Both the position numbers and the translations under genes were made by a program. From contig CAZUHW010000004.1 in the NCBI GenBank assembly GCA_964620935.1, forward strand, positions 14,362-78,361: DNA of 64,000 nucleotides, given 5' to 3'. Origin of the DNA: an uncultured Dehalococcoidales bacterium (lineage in GTDB: Bacteria > Chloroflexota > Dehalococcoidia > Lucifugimonadales > Lucifugimonadaceae). Within the stretch, counting starts at the first letter, position 1, and each line of letters opens with the position of its first letter. The notes beneath the pieces are model-generated. The model had not been told where the DNA came from. It did no database searches and saw only the letters and a list, made by a program, of their open reading frames with translations. Positions 47,109 to 58,089 of the stretch are shown here, one piece after another.

Positions 47109-48561
47109 CCTCCAAACTAACTTTTAATAATTGGCCTGCCTCAACAGCAAACTCAAAAGGAAGTTCCTTAAAAACTTCTTTGCTCCATCCAGTTATTATC
47201 ATATGATGTGCCTCCTCTTCATTAAGACCTCTCTGCATTAAATAAAAAAGTTGATCATCGCTTACCTTGGATGTAGATGCTTCATGTTCTAATTTAGCTG
47301 AAGGATTTTTTACTTCTATATATGGAACTGTATGAGATCCACATTTATCTCCTATAAGTAAAGAGTCGCATTGAGTAAAGTTTTTAGCATTTTCTGCCGA
47401 AGGAAGTATATTAACTTGACCACGATAAGTATTATTACCTTCACCAGCTGAAATACCTTTCGCAACTATATTACTCTTAGTATTTTTTCCAATGTGTATC
47501 ATTTTAGTTCCAGTATCAGCTTGCTGACGATTATTAGTTAAAGCTACAGAATAAAACTCGCCTACAGAATCATCTCCTTGAAGAATTACGCTTGGATATT
47601 TCCAAGTAATTGCAGATCCTGTCTCTACCTGAGTCCAACTAATTTTAGACCCTTTTCCTAAACACTTCCCTCTTTTTGTTACAAAGTTATAAACTCCTCC
47701 AACCCCTTCCTTGGTTCCGGGGTACCAATTTTGCAGTGTAGAATATTTTATTTCTGCATTTTCCAAGGCAACAAGTTCTACAACTGCCGCATGCAATTGA
47801 CTATTCTTTCTTATTGGGGCAGTACATCCTTCTAAATAACTAACATAAGAATCTTTATCCGCCACAATGAGAGTTCTCTCAAATTGACCTGTGTCGGCAG
47901 TATTAATCCTAAAATAAGTCATTAATTCTATTGGACACCTAATTCCAGGAGGTACATAAATAAATGATCCTTCTGAAAAAACTGCAGAATTTAAGTTAGC
48001 AAAATAATTATCAGAATAAGGAACAACACTTCCTAAATATTTTTTAACCAAATCAGGATGATTTTTTATTGCTTCACTTAATGGGCAAAAAATAATTCCC
48101 AGCTCCTTTAATTGTTTCTCATAAGTTGTAGCAACAGAAACACTGTCAAAAACTGCATCTACGGCAACTCCAGCAAGTTGAGCTCTTTCTTCTAGAGGTA
48201 TCCCTAATTTTTCAAATGCTTCTAGCATTTCCGGATCGACTTCATCGAGAGATTTAGGTGAATCAGAGGAATTAGGAGCTGCATAGTAATGAATGTCTTG
48301 ATAATCAATCGGAGGATAATCAACCATTGCCCATTCAGGTTCGCCTTCTTTTTCATCTTGGCTAAGCCAATGATTATATGCCTTGAGCCTCCAATCTAAT
48401 AACCATTTAGGCTCTAATTTTTTCTTGCTAATCATCTTAACAACTTCTTCGTTAAGCCCTTTAGGAGCAACTTCAGTTTCTACATCTGTTGAAAATCCCC
48501 ATTTATAATCTTTATCTTCTAATTTTGTTTTCCGAGATATTGAATTGTTATCGGATGCCAT
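47095..48561 (-). CDS. sufB: Fe-S cluster assembly scaffold SufB
   Basis: 488 aa with KYKWGF and [22 protein letters not shown], typical of SufB. Confidence 0.9.
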   Translation of the reverse strand: MASDNNSISRKTKLEDKDYKWGFSTDVETEVAPKGLNEEVVKMISKKKLEPKWLLDWRLKAYNHWLSQDEKEGEPEWAMVDYPPIDYQDIHYYAAPNSSDSPKSLDEVDPEMLEAFEKLGIPLEERAQLAGVAVDAVFDSVSVATTYEKQLKELGIIFCPLSEAIKNHPDLVKKYLGSVVPYSDNYFANLNSAVFSEGSFIYVPPGIRCPIELMTYFRINTADTGQFERTLIVADKDSYVSYLEGCTAPIRKNSQLHAAVVELVALENAEIKYSTLQNWYPGTKEGVGGVYNFVTKRGKCLGKGSKISWTQVETGSAITWKYPSVILQGDDSVGEFYSVALTNNRQQADTGTKMIHIGKNTKSNIVAKGISAGEGNNTYRGQVNILPSAENAKNFTQCDSLLIGDKCGSHTVPYIEVKNPSAKLEHEASTSKVSDDQLFYLMQRGLNEEEAHHMIITGWSKEVFKELPFEFAVEAGQLLKVSLEGAVG

Positions 48562-48626
48562 ACTAAATTTCCAATCTAAACAAATATTCTTATTAATATA
48601 CTAATTCTATCTTAATTTTTATTAAA

Positions 48627-50096
48627 ATGAAGTATAATGTTCTGATGTCATTTGAACCCGTAATTGGACTAGAAGTCCATGTGCAACTTAATACGAACAG
48701 CAAAATGTTTTGTTCCTGCTCTGGATCATATCAAGAAATGGAACCTAATAGCTTAGTTTGCGAAGTTTGCCTTGGGCTACCCGGCTCACTGCCTTCGGTT
48801 AATTTTGAAGCTGTTAATTCAGCAATTAAACTTGGGTTATCGCTAGGTTGTGATATATCAGATGTAACAAAATTTGATAGAAAAAATTATGTTTACCCTG
48901 ACTTAATGAAAGGATACCAAATATCTCAATTTGATATGCCAATAGCCACAAACGGAAAAATCAGTGTTGAAAATAAATCATCAGAAAATAAATCATCAAT
49001 ACGTATAAATAGGGTGCACATGGAAGAAGACGTGGCTAAATTAATTCATAATGAATTAAACGATTCCGTATTTATGGATTTAAATCGTTCAGGCATGCCA
49101 CTCCTAGAAGTAGTCACAGAACCCGATTTTAGATCTTCTGAAGAAGCTGAAAACTACCTAATAAAGTTGCAATCAATAGTTAGATATCTTGGAATAGGCA
49201 CAGCAAATATGGAAGAGGGAAGCTTTAGATGTGATGCAAATGTAAGTATCCGAGAAAAAGGAACTGAAAAGCTTAATGAAAAAGTTGAAATAAAAAATAT
49301 GAATAGGGTTAAGGCTGTAGCAAGAGCTATAGAGTATGAAATTATAAGACAAAAAAAGGCTGTTGCTACTGGAGAAAGAATAGTCCAAGAAACAAGAGGC
49401 TGGGATGACATAGAATCAAAGAGTATTCCTCAAAGATCAAAAGAAGATGCTCATGACTACAGATATTTCCCAGAACCAGATATACCAGCCATAAAAATAA
49501 CTGAAAAATTTATAAATGAGATTAAAAAAGCTCTTCCAGAACTCCCTGAAGATAAACAGGCTAGATACATAAATGATTTCAATCTATCTTCATATGATGC
49601 AGGAATTTTAGTGTCTAACCAGAAAAAGGCTAAATTTTTTGATCAGGTACTAGATTCATCGACCAAATTAGATGGAAAATATGTAGCCAATTGGATAAAT
49701 GTAGATTTAAATGCTATTTCTAATGCTCAGAAAGACGATGAATTAGAAAAAATGAAAATCTCTCCGGAGAATTTCGGAAAATTAATCATGCTTGTTAAAG
49801 AAAATAAAATAAATAAAAATACTGCTAAAGATTTATTATCAGAAATATACTTAACCAATGAAGACGCAGAAAATATTTCTAAATCTAGAGGTCTTCAAAA
49901 AATGGAGGATTCTAATGAGCTCTCTAACATTGTCGAAAATGCAATTAAGTCTAATCGGGCTGCGGTAAATGATTATAAAAATGGAAAAGAAACTGCTGTA
50001 AGATTCCTGATTGGGCAAGTCATGAAACAATCTAAGGGAACTGCCAATCCTAATTCTGCTGAAACTGAAATCATCAAACAATTAAAAAATGAATAA
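48627..50096 (+). CDS. gatB: Asp/Glu-tRNA amidotransferase subunit B
   Basis: FEPVIGLEVHVQL and HMEEDVAKL. The start may be the ATG at 48645 (MSFEPVIGLE). Confidence 0.9.
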   Translation: MKYNVLMSFEPVIGLEVHVQLNTNSKMFCSCSGSYQEMEPNSLVCEVCLGLPGSLPSVNFEAVNSAIKLGLSLGCDISDVTKFDRKNYVYPDLMKGYQISQFDMPIATNGKISVENKSSENKSSIRINRVHMEEDVAKLIHNELNDSVFMDLNRSGMPLLEVVTEPDFRSSEEAENYLIKLQSIVRYLGIGTANMEEGSFRCDANVSIREKGTEKLNEKVEIKNMNRVKAVARAIEYEIIRQKKAVATGERIVQETRGWDDIESKSIPQRSKEDAHDYRYFPEPDIPAIKITEKFINEIKKALPELPEDKQARYINDFNLSSYDAGILVSNQKKAKFFDQVLDSSTKLDGKYVANWINVDLNAISNAQKDDELEKMKISPENFGKLIMLVKENKINKNTAKDLLSEIYLTNEDAENISKSRGLQKMEDSNELSNIVENAIKSNRAAVNDYKNGKETAVRFLIGQVMKQSKGTANPNSAETEIIKQLKNE

Positions 50097-51021
50097 TAAG
50101 CCAAAAATAATTGGAATAGGAGGCGGAACAGGTCTTTCTACTTTATTTAGAGGGCTCAGAAATAAAGATATAGATATTTCAGGAATTATATCTGTGACAG
50201 ATGATGGAGGAAGTTCAGGAAGACTAAGAGAAGGATTTGGAATATTGCCTCCAGGAGATTTTAGGAATTGCTTGGTAGCATTGTCAGATACTGAGCCAAT
50301 ACTACAAAAATTATTTCAGCATAGATTTGAAGGAGATGACCCGCTATCTGGGCATTCTTTTGGCAATCTTTTTATACTTGCTATGGAAGAAATTACTGGT
50401 AGCTTTGAAGAAGCTCTAGAAGAATCTTGCAAAATTTTAAATGTTAAAGGTAAATTATTACCCTCAACTCTTGAACAGATAAACTTATCTGCCAACATGA
50501 AAGATGGGACTACAATTGATGGCGAATCAAATATTCAAAAAAATTCTTCAGGTATCTCCAAGTTAAACTTAAATCCTATTTCTCCCTCTGCAAATCCAAA
50601 AGCTACAGAAGCTATTATGAATTCAGATTATATTATAATAGGTCCTGGCTCACTATTTACTAGCATAATACCTAACTTTCTTGTGCCTGAAATTTCAGAA
50701 TCCCTCAAAAAGACTAATGCTAAAAAAATCTATATTTGCAATATAGCTACTCAATTAGGAGAAACTGTTGGGTTTGATGCATGCGATCACGTACAAACTC
50801 TGATAAATTACAGTGATAATTTAGGGTTGGACTACATAATTGTAAATAATAACATTGGCAACTTAGGAGAAGACTTTCCGACAAGTAAATGTGTGGAAAT
50901 TGGAAACTTAAATAAAGAGTGGGGAGAGATAATTCTAAAAGACTTAATGAATTCTAACTTTAAAGGACACCATGACTCTGATAAACTGTCGAACGTTATC
51001 ATGAATATAATCGAGAAATAA
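50089..51021 (+). CDS. yvcK: YvcK/CofD-family gluconeogenesis-factor-like protein
   Basis: IIGIGGGTGLSTLFRGLR and SVTDDGGSSGRLR. Confidence 0.8.
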   Translation: MNNKPKIIGIGGGTGLSTLFRGLRNKDIDISGIISVTDDGGSSGRLREGFGILPPGDFRNCLVALSDTEPILQKLFQHRFEGDDPLSGHSFGNLFILAMEEITGSFEEALEESCKILNVKGKLLPSTLEQINLSANMKDGTTIDGESNIQKNSSGISKLNLNPISPSANPKATEAIMNSDYIIIGPGSLFTSIIPNFLVPEISESLKKTNAKKIYICNIATQLGETVGFDACDHVQTLINYSDNLGLDYIIVNNNIGNLGEDFPTSKCVEIGNLNKEWGEIILKDLMNSNFKGHHDSDKLSNVIMNIIEK

Positions 51022-51224
51022 TGTTTACAATAATAGAAATAGTAATATCTTTAGCCTTAATAGCAATAATACTTTTGCAAGTTAGAGGAGGCGGAACTGC
51101 TCTTTTTGGTCAAGCTGAAAGTTCGTTTAGAGTCAGAAGAGGCTTTGAAAGACTTTTATTTAGAGGGACTATTGCCTTAGCGGTAATTTTTGTTGTTGTT
51201 GCTGTATTAAATGTTAGATTCTAA
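51021..51224 (+). CDS. secG: preprotein translocase subunit SecG
   Basis: 67 aa with 2 TM segments and LLQVRGGGTALFG, the SecG signature. Confidence 0.7.
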   Translation: MFTIIEIVISLALIAIILLQVRGGGTALFGQAESSFRVRRGFERLLFRGTIALAVIFVVVAVLNVRF

Positions 51225-52579
51225 ATTAACTCCCAATCAGTAATTCCATCTGGCTTATCAATTAATTTAACTCCCTTTTCTATTAATTCATCTCTTATTT
51301 GATCAGATTTATCAAATTCTTTATTTTTTCTGTAATACTCTCTTTTATTAATTAATTCTTTTATTCCCTCATCATCTATATCTTTTTTTAACTCATCTAT
51401 ATTCTGGCATAAACCAAGTATGGAAAGCATAGAATTCAGTTCTTCTCTTGCTTCAGAGGTATCATGGCCTTCGTTATTCCCAGAATTAATTTTCCTAGAC
51501 AACAAAAGCGCCTGAGAAAGAGCCACGGGAGTATTCAAATCAGAAGACAAAGCATTAATAAAAATTTCTTTTTCCTTTGTATAATCTGTCTTTTTTATAT
51601 TATTATTTTCTACATTTTTTAGAGATTCTCTTAATCTAGATAGAGGCTTTGACTGACTAGAAATTAGTTTCTCTGAATAAATTAATGGGCTCCTATAATG
51701 AGATGATAGTATCCACATCCTGATTTGGTCAGAATCAAACTTTTCTAATGCTTCCTTAACTGTAATAAGGTTTCCTAATGATTTGCTCATCTTTTCACCT
51801 GAAAGTTTTACCATTCCATTATGCATCCATATATTTGCAAATTTCTTACCAGTTAAAGATTCGCTTTGAGCTATTTCATTTTCATGATGAGGAAATATCA
51901 AATCAATTCCTCCGCCATGAATATCAACAGTCTCTCCGATAGTATTGATAACCATAGAGCTGCATTCTATATGCCAACCTGGCCTACCTAATCCCCAAGG
52001 AGACTCCCAGCCTGGTTCGTCACTTTTTGCTGATTTCCACAATGCAAAATCTTCTTGTGATTCTTTTTCTAGATCAACATTAATCCTAGTGCCAGTTTTG
52101 GCATCATCTAATTTTCTGCCACTGAGTTTCCCATAATCATTAAATTTATTTGTTTTAAAATAGACACTATTATTCCTAATATAAGTTAATTCTTTTTCTT
52201 CTAGTTCTAATATAAATGAAATTATATTTTCTATTTCTTCTGTAGCTTTTGGATAAATTGAAGCTCTTTTTATGCCAAGAGCATCCATGTCTTCAAAGAA
52301 AGCTTTAGTGTATTTTTCAGCAACCTCTTTCATAGATGAGCCTTCTTCAACTGATTTATTTAAAATTTTATCATCTACATCTGTAAAATTTTGCACTCTA
52401 TACACCTCAAAACCTTGGTGAGATAAAAATCTATCCAGAACTTCAAATACAATAGAAGAAAATGCGTGACCTAAATGACAATAATCTGAAGTAGTTATTC
52501 CACATACATACAAATTAATTTTCTTTGGAGGTCCTAATTCCTTATATTTTCGTGAAAAAGAGTCGTATGTTTCAATCAT
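51221..52579 (-). CDS. cysS: cysteine--tRNA ligase
   Basis: HIGH-type CHLGHA, KMSKS, and Zn/Cys-binding residues (WHIECS). Confidence 0.9.
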   Translation of the reverse strand: MIETYDSFSRKYKELGPPKKINLYVCGITTSDYCHLGHAFSSIVFEVLDRFLSHQGFEVYRVQNFTDVDDKILNKSVEEGSSMKEVAEKYTKAFFEDMDALGIKRASIYPKATEEIENIISFILELEEKELTYIRNNSVYFKTNKFNDYGKLSGRKLDDAKTGTRINVDLEKESQEDFALWKSAKSDEPGWESPWGLGRPGWHIECSSMVINTIGETVDIHGGGIDLIFPHHENEIAQSESLTGKKFANIWMHNGMVKLSGEKMSKSLGNLITVKEALEKFDSDQIRMWILSSHYRSPLIYSEKLISSQSKPLSRLRESLKNVENNNIKKTDYTKEKEIFINALSSDLNTPVALSQALLLSRKINSGNNEGHDTSEAREELNSMLSILGLCQNIDELKKDIDDEGIKELINKREYYRKNKEFDKSDQIRDELIEKGVKLIDKPDGITDWELI

Positions 52580-53747
52580 TAGATTTTCTCAATGTAACAG
52601 CACATAAAGCCCCAATAGCATCTCCAGATCCTATCAACCCAATATTATCAGTAGAAGTTACTTTTAAGTTTATTTTTTTAATATCCAAGTTTAGTAAATT
52701 TGATATATTTTGTTCAATTTTAATTAATAAATCTGACAATTTAGGTTCCTGTAAAATAACTTGAATATCTATATGAAAAATCTCGAATTTTAATTCATTC
52801 ATTAATTCTATTGCTTTAAATAAAAAAATCTTAGATGCTACATTCTTCCATTTATCCTGATTGGATGGAAAATATTTTCCTAAGTCTCCTTGTCCAAGCG
52901 CTCCGATAATTGAATCTGAAATTGCGTGAAGCACAACATCGGCATCACTATGTCCTTCTAAACATTTTTCAAATGGTATTTCTAGGCCTCCTAATATTAA
53001 TTTTTCTCCTTCAATTAGCTTATGCACATCTGAGGAAATGCCATTTTTAAATTTAATACCTCGATCAAAATCTTGTAATAATTTTAGGTCGTCCTGAGTA
53101 GTTATTTTTTGATTTTCTATATTTCCATTTATACAATTAACTTTATACCCATTTATTTCTAACAACTCTGACTCATCCGTATAATTAATTTTTTTTGAAG
53201 TCTTACTAATACACTCGCTTAAAATATTAAAATCAAAAAACTGAGGAGTTTGAGATCTAAATAATTCATTACGATTTAATGTTTTAATAACTTCATTAGA
53301 ATCAACTCTTTTTACTGTATCTTGAATAGGGATAATAGGAATTACTCCATTATTATTATCTAATAATTCCATTCCTTGAGTTAATATTGACTCATAAAAT
53401 AGTGGTCTTGCAGAATCATGAATTGCCACTTTATCAATAGAAAATTGATTTAGATAATCAACGGCAATTGACACAGAATCTTGGCGTCTCTTCCCTCCTA
53501 ATATCACTTCTTGAGGAAGCTTATAATCAGAAATTAATTTTTTTATATCTGCAATATTTTCTTTTGATGCGATCAAGACTATTTTTGAGAATAAGTTTGA
53601 GTCTATAAACTTAATTAAGGATTTTATAAATATTGGAATATTATCAAAAATTAAAGTGGGTTTATCTAACCCATTCATTCGAGAACTTCTACCACCACAT
53701 AATAAGACGGCTGCTGATGATTGGTTTTCATTTTGATTCAGATTCAC
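52572..53747 (-). CDS. ispDF: bifunctional IspD/IspF (MEP cytidylyltransferase / MEcPP synthase)
   Basis: N-terminal AAVLLCGGRSSRM (IspD) and C-terminal GHSDADVVLHAISDSIIGALGQGDLGKYFP (IspF). Confidence 0.85.
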   Translation of the reverse strand: MNLNQNENQSSAAVLLCGGRSSRMNGLDKPTLIFDNIPIFIKSLIKFIDSNLFSKIVLIASKENIADIKKLISDYKLPQEVILGGKRRQDSVSIAVDYLNQFSIDKVAIHDSARPLFYESILTQGMELLDNNNGVIPIIPIQDTVKRVDSNEVIKTLNRNELFRSQTPQFFDFNILSECISKTSKKINYTDESELLEINGYKVNCINGNIENQKITTQDDLKLLQDFDRGIKFKNGISSDVHKLIEGEKLILGGLEIPFEKCLEGHSDADVVLHAISDSIIGALGQGDLGKYFPSNQDKWKNVASKIFLFKAIELMNELKFEIFHIDIQVILQEPKLSDLLIKIEQNISNLLNLDIKKINLKVTSTDNIGLIGSGDAIGALCAVTLRKSND

Positions 53748-53787
53748 AAATCAAATTTTATCACAATTAAACCAAAGAATTTATCTT

Positions 53788-56247
53788 TCACTTAGCCTTA
53801 ACTCTGGTTTTATTTTTTTCAATCTTCTTGTCTTTATCAATTGATAAAATTCCATCTTTGACATTAATTGATACTGAATCCCCCTCCATAAATTCACTTG
53901 ATAACATTTTCTTAGCAAATTCATTTTCTATATTTCTTTGTACAACTCTTTTTAAGGGCCTTGCTCCATAAGACTTATCAAATCCATTTTTAACTAGCCA
54001 ATCTAGTGCTTTTTTAGATATCTTCATCAAGATTCCTAATTTCCCGACCCTTTCAATAAACTTATTGGTAACTATTAATGCTATTTTTGAAAGTTCCTCA
54101 TGAGTTAAAGAGTCAAAAATTATAGTTTCATCCACTCTGTTAAGAAATTCTGGCCTAAAGTGTTCAACTAAAGCATCTTCTACCTTTGATTTTCTATTTT
54201 GAATCTCACTATTTGATCCTGAGAATCCTATTGATTCTTTAGCAATATGAGTTGAACCCAGATTACTAGTCATAATTATTACTGTATTTCTAAAGTTAAC
54301 AGTTCTACCGTGACCATCTGTTAATCTGCCATCATCAAGTAATTGTAATAGTAAATTCATAACATCAGGATGAGCTTTTTCAATTTCATCAAATAAAATA
54401 ACCCTAAATGGTCTTTTTCTTACTGCTTCAGTTAATTGGCCAGCATCATCATAGCCGACATATCCAGGAGGAGCACCAATCAATCTTGTAGAAGATCCTT
54501 TATCCATATATTCAGACATATCGATTCTAACCATATTATCTTCGTCATCAAATAAGCTTTCTGCTAATGCTCTTGCCAGTTCTGTCTTCCCTACGCCAGT
54601 GGGACCTAAGAATATAAATGTTCCTACTGGCCTTTTGGGGTCACTAACACCAGATCTCTGCCTCCTGATAGCATTAGATAAAGCTATAACAGCATCTTCT
54701 TGACCAACCAATCTTTCATGAAGTCTGCTTTCTAAATTCAAAAGCCTCTCTTTATCTTTTTCTATTAATCTATCTACTGGAATATCAGTTCTTTCGGCTA
54801 TCAATGTAGCTATACTTTCAGAGTTTACAATTCTAGTTTTATCGACTTTTTCATTATTATCTTCTGAAATCATTTCTTTGTGCAGTCCTAGTCTTTCAGA
54901 TTTTAATTTTGCAGCTGCCTCAAAATCATTTCTGCCTGAAGCTGCCTCTTCTTTATCTAATAAATTTTTTATCTGATCATCATAACCCTTAATATTAGAT
55001 GGTAAGGACTCAGAGTTAATTCTAAGTTTGGCTGCTGCCTCATCTATTAAATCAATAGCCTTGTCAGGGAGATATCTTTCAGTGATATATCTTGCGCTTA
55101 AGTTTACTGAGGCTTCTAATGCGGAATCAGTGATCTGAATTTTATGATGCTTTTCATATCTTGGCCTCAGTATTTTTAACATTTCTATAGCTATTTCTTG
55201 GTCAGGCTCATTAACATTTACTGGAGTAAATCTTCTTTCAAGTGCTTTATCAGATTCTATATATTTTCTATATTCTTCTGGAGTTGTGGCCCCAATTAAT
55301 TGAACCTCTCCCCTAGCAAGCGCAGGCTTCATCATGTTTGCAGCATCTATTGCTCCCTCTGCGCCTCCAGCTCCAACTACTATATGTATCTCGTCAATAA
55401 ATAAAACAATTTCACCTGACGCTGCTCTTATTTCGTCCATTACAGCAGTTAATCTTTCTTCAAACTCACCTCTAAATTTTGCACCAGCTAGTAAAGATGC
55501 CATTTCCAATTTAAGTAATTTTCTATTCTTCAAAGATTCTGGAACATCATCTATTACTATACTTTGAGCAAGACCTTCTACAATAGCTGTTTTACCAACT
55601 CCAGCATCACCAATAATCACAGGATTATTTTTTGTTCTTCTAGTAAGAGTTTGAAGTACTCTTTGAATCTCCTTATCTCTCCCTATAACTGGATCAAGTT
55701 GTCCTGCTCTGGCTAATTTTGTCAAATCAACACTATATTTTTCTAATGCTTGATATTTCTTCTCGGCACCTTGGTCTGTAACTCTCTGGCTACCCCTAAT
55801 TTCTTTTAATGCATGATAAATTTTTTCAATAGTAATATCATAAAAATTAAATAGCTTATTAACTTCGCCATCCTCAAGTGAAACTAAGCCCTTCAATAGA
55901 TGTTCTATTGCAATAAAATCGTCATTTAACCTTATTCTTTCCTCTTGCGCTTCATCAAGAACTTTTTTTAATCTTGGTTCAATATAAATCATTCTGGTGG
56001 ATGACTGTTTTTGGCCTAAAGTAGGAAATTTTTTTAAAGAGAATTCTAAATCTTTCTTAATTTCTTCTAAGTCAGCGCCAAGAAAATCAAATATTTTAGT
56101 TGCCATGCCATCTTTAATAGACAACATTCCTAATGCCAAATGTTCAGCATCTAATTGAGCATTTCTCATATCTGATGCCCAAGCATGCGCTCTTTCAAGC
56201 GCCTCAGATGCCTCATTCGTATAATCTTCTCTTCTAGGTAAAACCAC
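53788..56247 (-). CDS. clpC: ATP-dependent Clp protease ATP-binding subunit ClpC
   Basis: GTG start. Two AAA+ modules (GDAGVGKT, GPTGVGKT), a short UVR-like middle domain (DFEAAAKLKSE), and a ClpP-docking IGF loop (KESIGFSG) that ClpB lacks. Confidence 0.8.
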   Translation of the reverse strand: MVLPRREDYTNEASEALERAHAWASDMRNAQLDAEHLALGMLSIKDGMATKIFDFLGADLEEIKKDLEFSLKKFPTLGQKQSSTRMIYIEPRLKKVLDEAQEERIRLNDDFIAIEHLLKGLVSLEDGEVNKLFNFYDITIEKIYHALKEIRGSQRVTDQGAEKKYQALEKYSVDLTKLARAGQLDPVIGRDKEIQRVLQTLTRRTKNNPVIIGDAGVGKTAIVEGLAQSIVIDDVPESLKNRKLLKLEMASLLAGAKFRGEFEERLTAVMDEIRAASGEIVLFIDEIHIVVGAGGAEGAIDAANMMKPALARGEVQLIGATTPEEYRKYIESDKALERRFTPVNVNEPDQEIAIEMLKILRPRYEKHHKIQITDSALEASVNLSARYITERYLPDKAIDLIDEAAAKLRINSESLPSNIKGYDDQIKNLLDKEEAASGRNDFEAAAKLKSERLGLHKEMISEDNNEKVDKTRIVNSESIATLIAERTDIPVDRLIEKDKERLLNLESRLHERLVGQEDAVIALSNAIRRQRSGVSDPKRPVGTFIFLGPTGVGKTELARALAESLFDDEDNMVRIDMSEYMDKGSSTRLIGAPPGYVGYDDAGQLTEAVRKRPFRVILFDEIEKAHPDVMNLLLQLLDDGRLTDGHGRTVNFRNTVIIMTSNLGSTHIAKESIGFSGSNSEIQNRKSKVEDALVEHFRPEFLNRVDETIIFDSLTHEELSKIALIVTNKFIERVGKLGILMKISKKALDWLVKNGFDKSYGARPLKRVVQRNIENEFAKKMLSSEFMEGDSVSINVKDGILSIDKDKKIEKNKTRVKAK

Positions 56248-56305
56248 TATTTCCTTTCAATATATAATTTATATATATCATATTCTATTTCTTATTGCAT
56301 AATGC

Positions 56306-56334
56306 ATATTATAACTTGATATAGATCATGTCAA
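56306..56334 (-). promoter_or_regulatory. candidate clpC promoter TTGACA-17-TAATAT
   Basis: On the minus strand, TTGACA is at 56334-56329, followed by a 17-bp spacer and TAATAT at 56311-56306, about 55 nt upstream of the clpC start. Confidence 0.55.
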
Positions 56335-56409
56335 CAATACTATTATTTATTTCTACTTATAAATATACTTAGTTTTTTGGCTCATTGGAATGTAAAATCT
56401 AATCTATAA

Positions 56410-57441
56410 ATGGAAAAATTTACTAAAAAACCTAATTTTTTAACAAAATATGAAGTAATGATTAGTGATTACTTGAAATCTTCAGTCCTTTCATATGATG
56501 GAGATATTTCAAAATATATTAATAATTATTTTGGATGGGAAGACAATGACAAAGAAAGCTCCTATCAAGGTAAGGCATTTAGGCCTGCTTTATGTATTGC
56601 TTTATGCGATTCACTATCTGGAAATATTAATGCCGCTTTACCATGTTCCATATCAATAGAATTAGTTCATAACTTCTCTTTAATTCATGATGATATAGAA
56701 GATAATGACAAATTAAGAAGGCACAAGCCTACATTATGGACTATTTGGGGGATACCAAAAGCCTTAATAACAGGAAATTCAATACTGGTGCTAGGAAATC
56801 AAAAATTAGAAAAATTACTTGAGCATGGGATTAGTCATGAAAAATTATTTTTTTCACAAAAACTACTTACTGAAAGTTACCTAAAAATGATGGAAGGACA
56901 ATTTCTAGATATATCTTTTGAAAAAAAATCTAGGATTTCAGAAAATGAATACCTAAAAATGATAGGTTTAAAAACTGGAGCATTAATTGAATGTTCAGTA
57001 ATTCTGGGTGCTATTTCATCAAATAAAAATCTTACTAAATCTGACATAAAATTAATTTCAGATTTTGGAAAAGATATAGGATTACTATTCCAAATAAGAG
57101 ACGATATTTTAGGTGTATGGGGGACTGACAAAACAGGAAAGCCTGTTGGAGGAGATATAAGAAAGAAGAAGAAAAGTCTTCCAATAATACTAACTATAAA
57201 TAGCGATTCAAATTACGACAAAGAAATAAATGAGATAATGGAAAAAAATGAAATATATGATAGAGATATCGATAAGTTTCTATATATAATGGATAAGATT
57301 AATATCAGGAATAAATGCGATGATATAGCTGAAGAATATTTATCAAAAATACAAAACACTATTTCAAATATACCAACTTCTGATGAACATAAAAAAACAT
57401 TCAATGAGATAACAAATTTTTTAATGAACAGAGAAACTTAA
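56410..57441 (+). CDS. polyprenyl diphosphate synthase (FPP/GGPP synthase family)
   Basis: First and second Asp-rich motifs LIHDDIEDND and QIRDDILG. Confidence 0.85.
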   Translation: MEKFTKKPNFLTKYEVMISDYLKSSVLSYDGDISKYINNYFGWEDNDKESSYQGKAFRPALCIALCDSLSGNINAALPCSISIELVHNFSLIHDDIEDNDKLRRHKPTLWTIWGIPKALITGNSILVLGNQKLEKLLEHGISHEKLFFSQKLLTESYLKMMEGQFLDISFEKKSRISENEYLKMIGLKTGALIECSVILGAISSNKNLTKSDIKLISDFGKDIGLLFQIRDDILGVWGTDKTGKPVGGDIRKKKKSLPIILTINSDSNYDKEINEIMEKNEIYDRDIDKFLYIMDKINIRNKCDDIAEEYLSKIQNTISNIPTSDEHKKTFNEITNFLMNRET

Positions 57442-58089
57442 ATGATATTAATTTGTACTAAAGAAGATATTAAAATAGAAGATTCACTAGAGTTATCAGG
57501 TTTAAAATTGACACATTGCCCAGGAGAAATGCAAATCTATATTGCTAACTCAAAAGTTTTAAAAGAAGAAATTCTGCTATTCAAATGCAATGAATCTATA
57601 GTTCAATGCAAAGTTGGAATCAAATGGTCATTAGATAATTATAATCAAATAAATTCATCAATATTTATTGGGTTTATCGAGCCAATAAATTCATCAATAT
57701 TAAAAAATCAGATAGTTATACCAAGTGATTTATCTAATATTAACCAAACAGAACTAGAATGGAGTAGAGGTATAATTTCTAATCCAATAAAAATTGAATC
57801 CTCCCAACAAAAAGCTATACGGCACTCTACATACAAATCTAATTTAGATTTTTCATATGCAAGAATAGTTAGCTTAAATAATAATAATCCATCTAAGTAT
57901 ATTATCGAAGAACTGAAATCACTAAATAAATTCGATGGAATAAATAACTTGTGCTTCACGATTAATGAAGTATTACTATCTTATAAAATAGATGTATATA
58001 ACATATTAATTGGAGACCCAAAAGAATACCTATCTTCAAAAAAGATTCAATTAAAGAGTATTTTTCAAAATTTAAATTTAAATAATTAA
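57442..58089 (+). CDS. hypothetical protein (possibly a degenerate PNP/UDP-type phosphorylase fold)
   Basis: 215 aa, start abuts the upstream stop and stop abuts the next start, so it is operonic. Only a faint resemblance to HpnG/MqnB-type nucleosidases. Confidence 0.4.
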   Translation: MILICTKEDIKIEDSLELSGLKLTHCPGEMQIYIANSKVLKEEILLFKCNESIVQCKVGIKWSLDNYNQINSSIFIGFIEPINSSILKNQIVIPSDLSNINQTELEWSRGIISNPIKIESSQQKAIRHSTYKSNLDFSYARIVSLNNNNPSKYIIEELKSLNKFDGINNLCFTINEVLLSYKIDVYNILIGDPKEYLSSKKIQLKSIFQNLNLNN

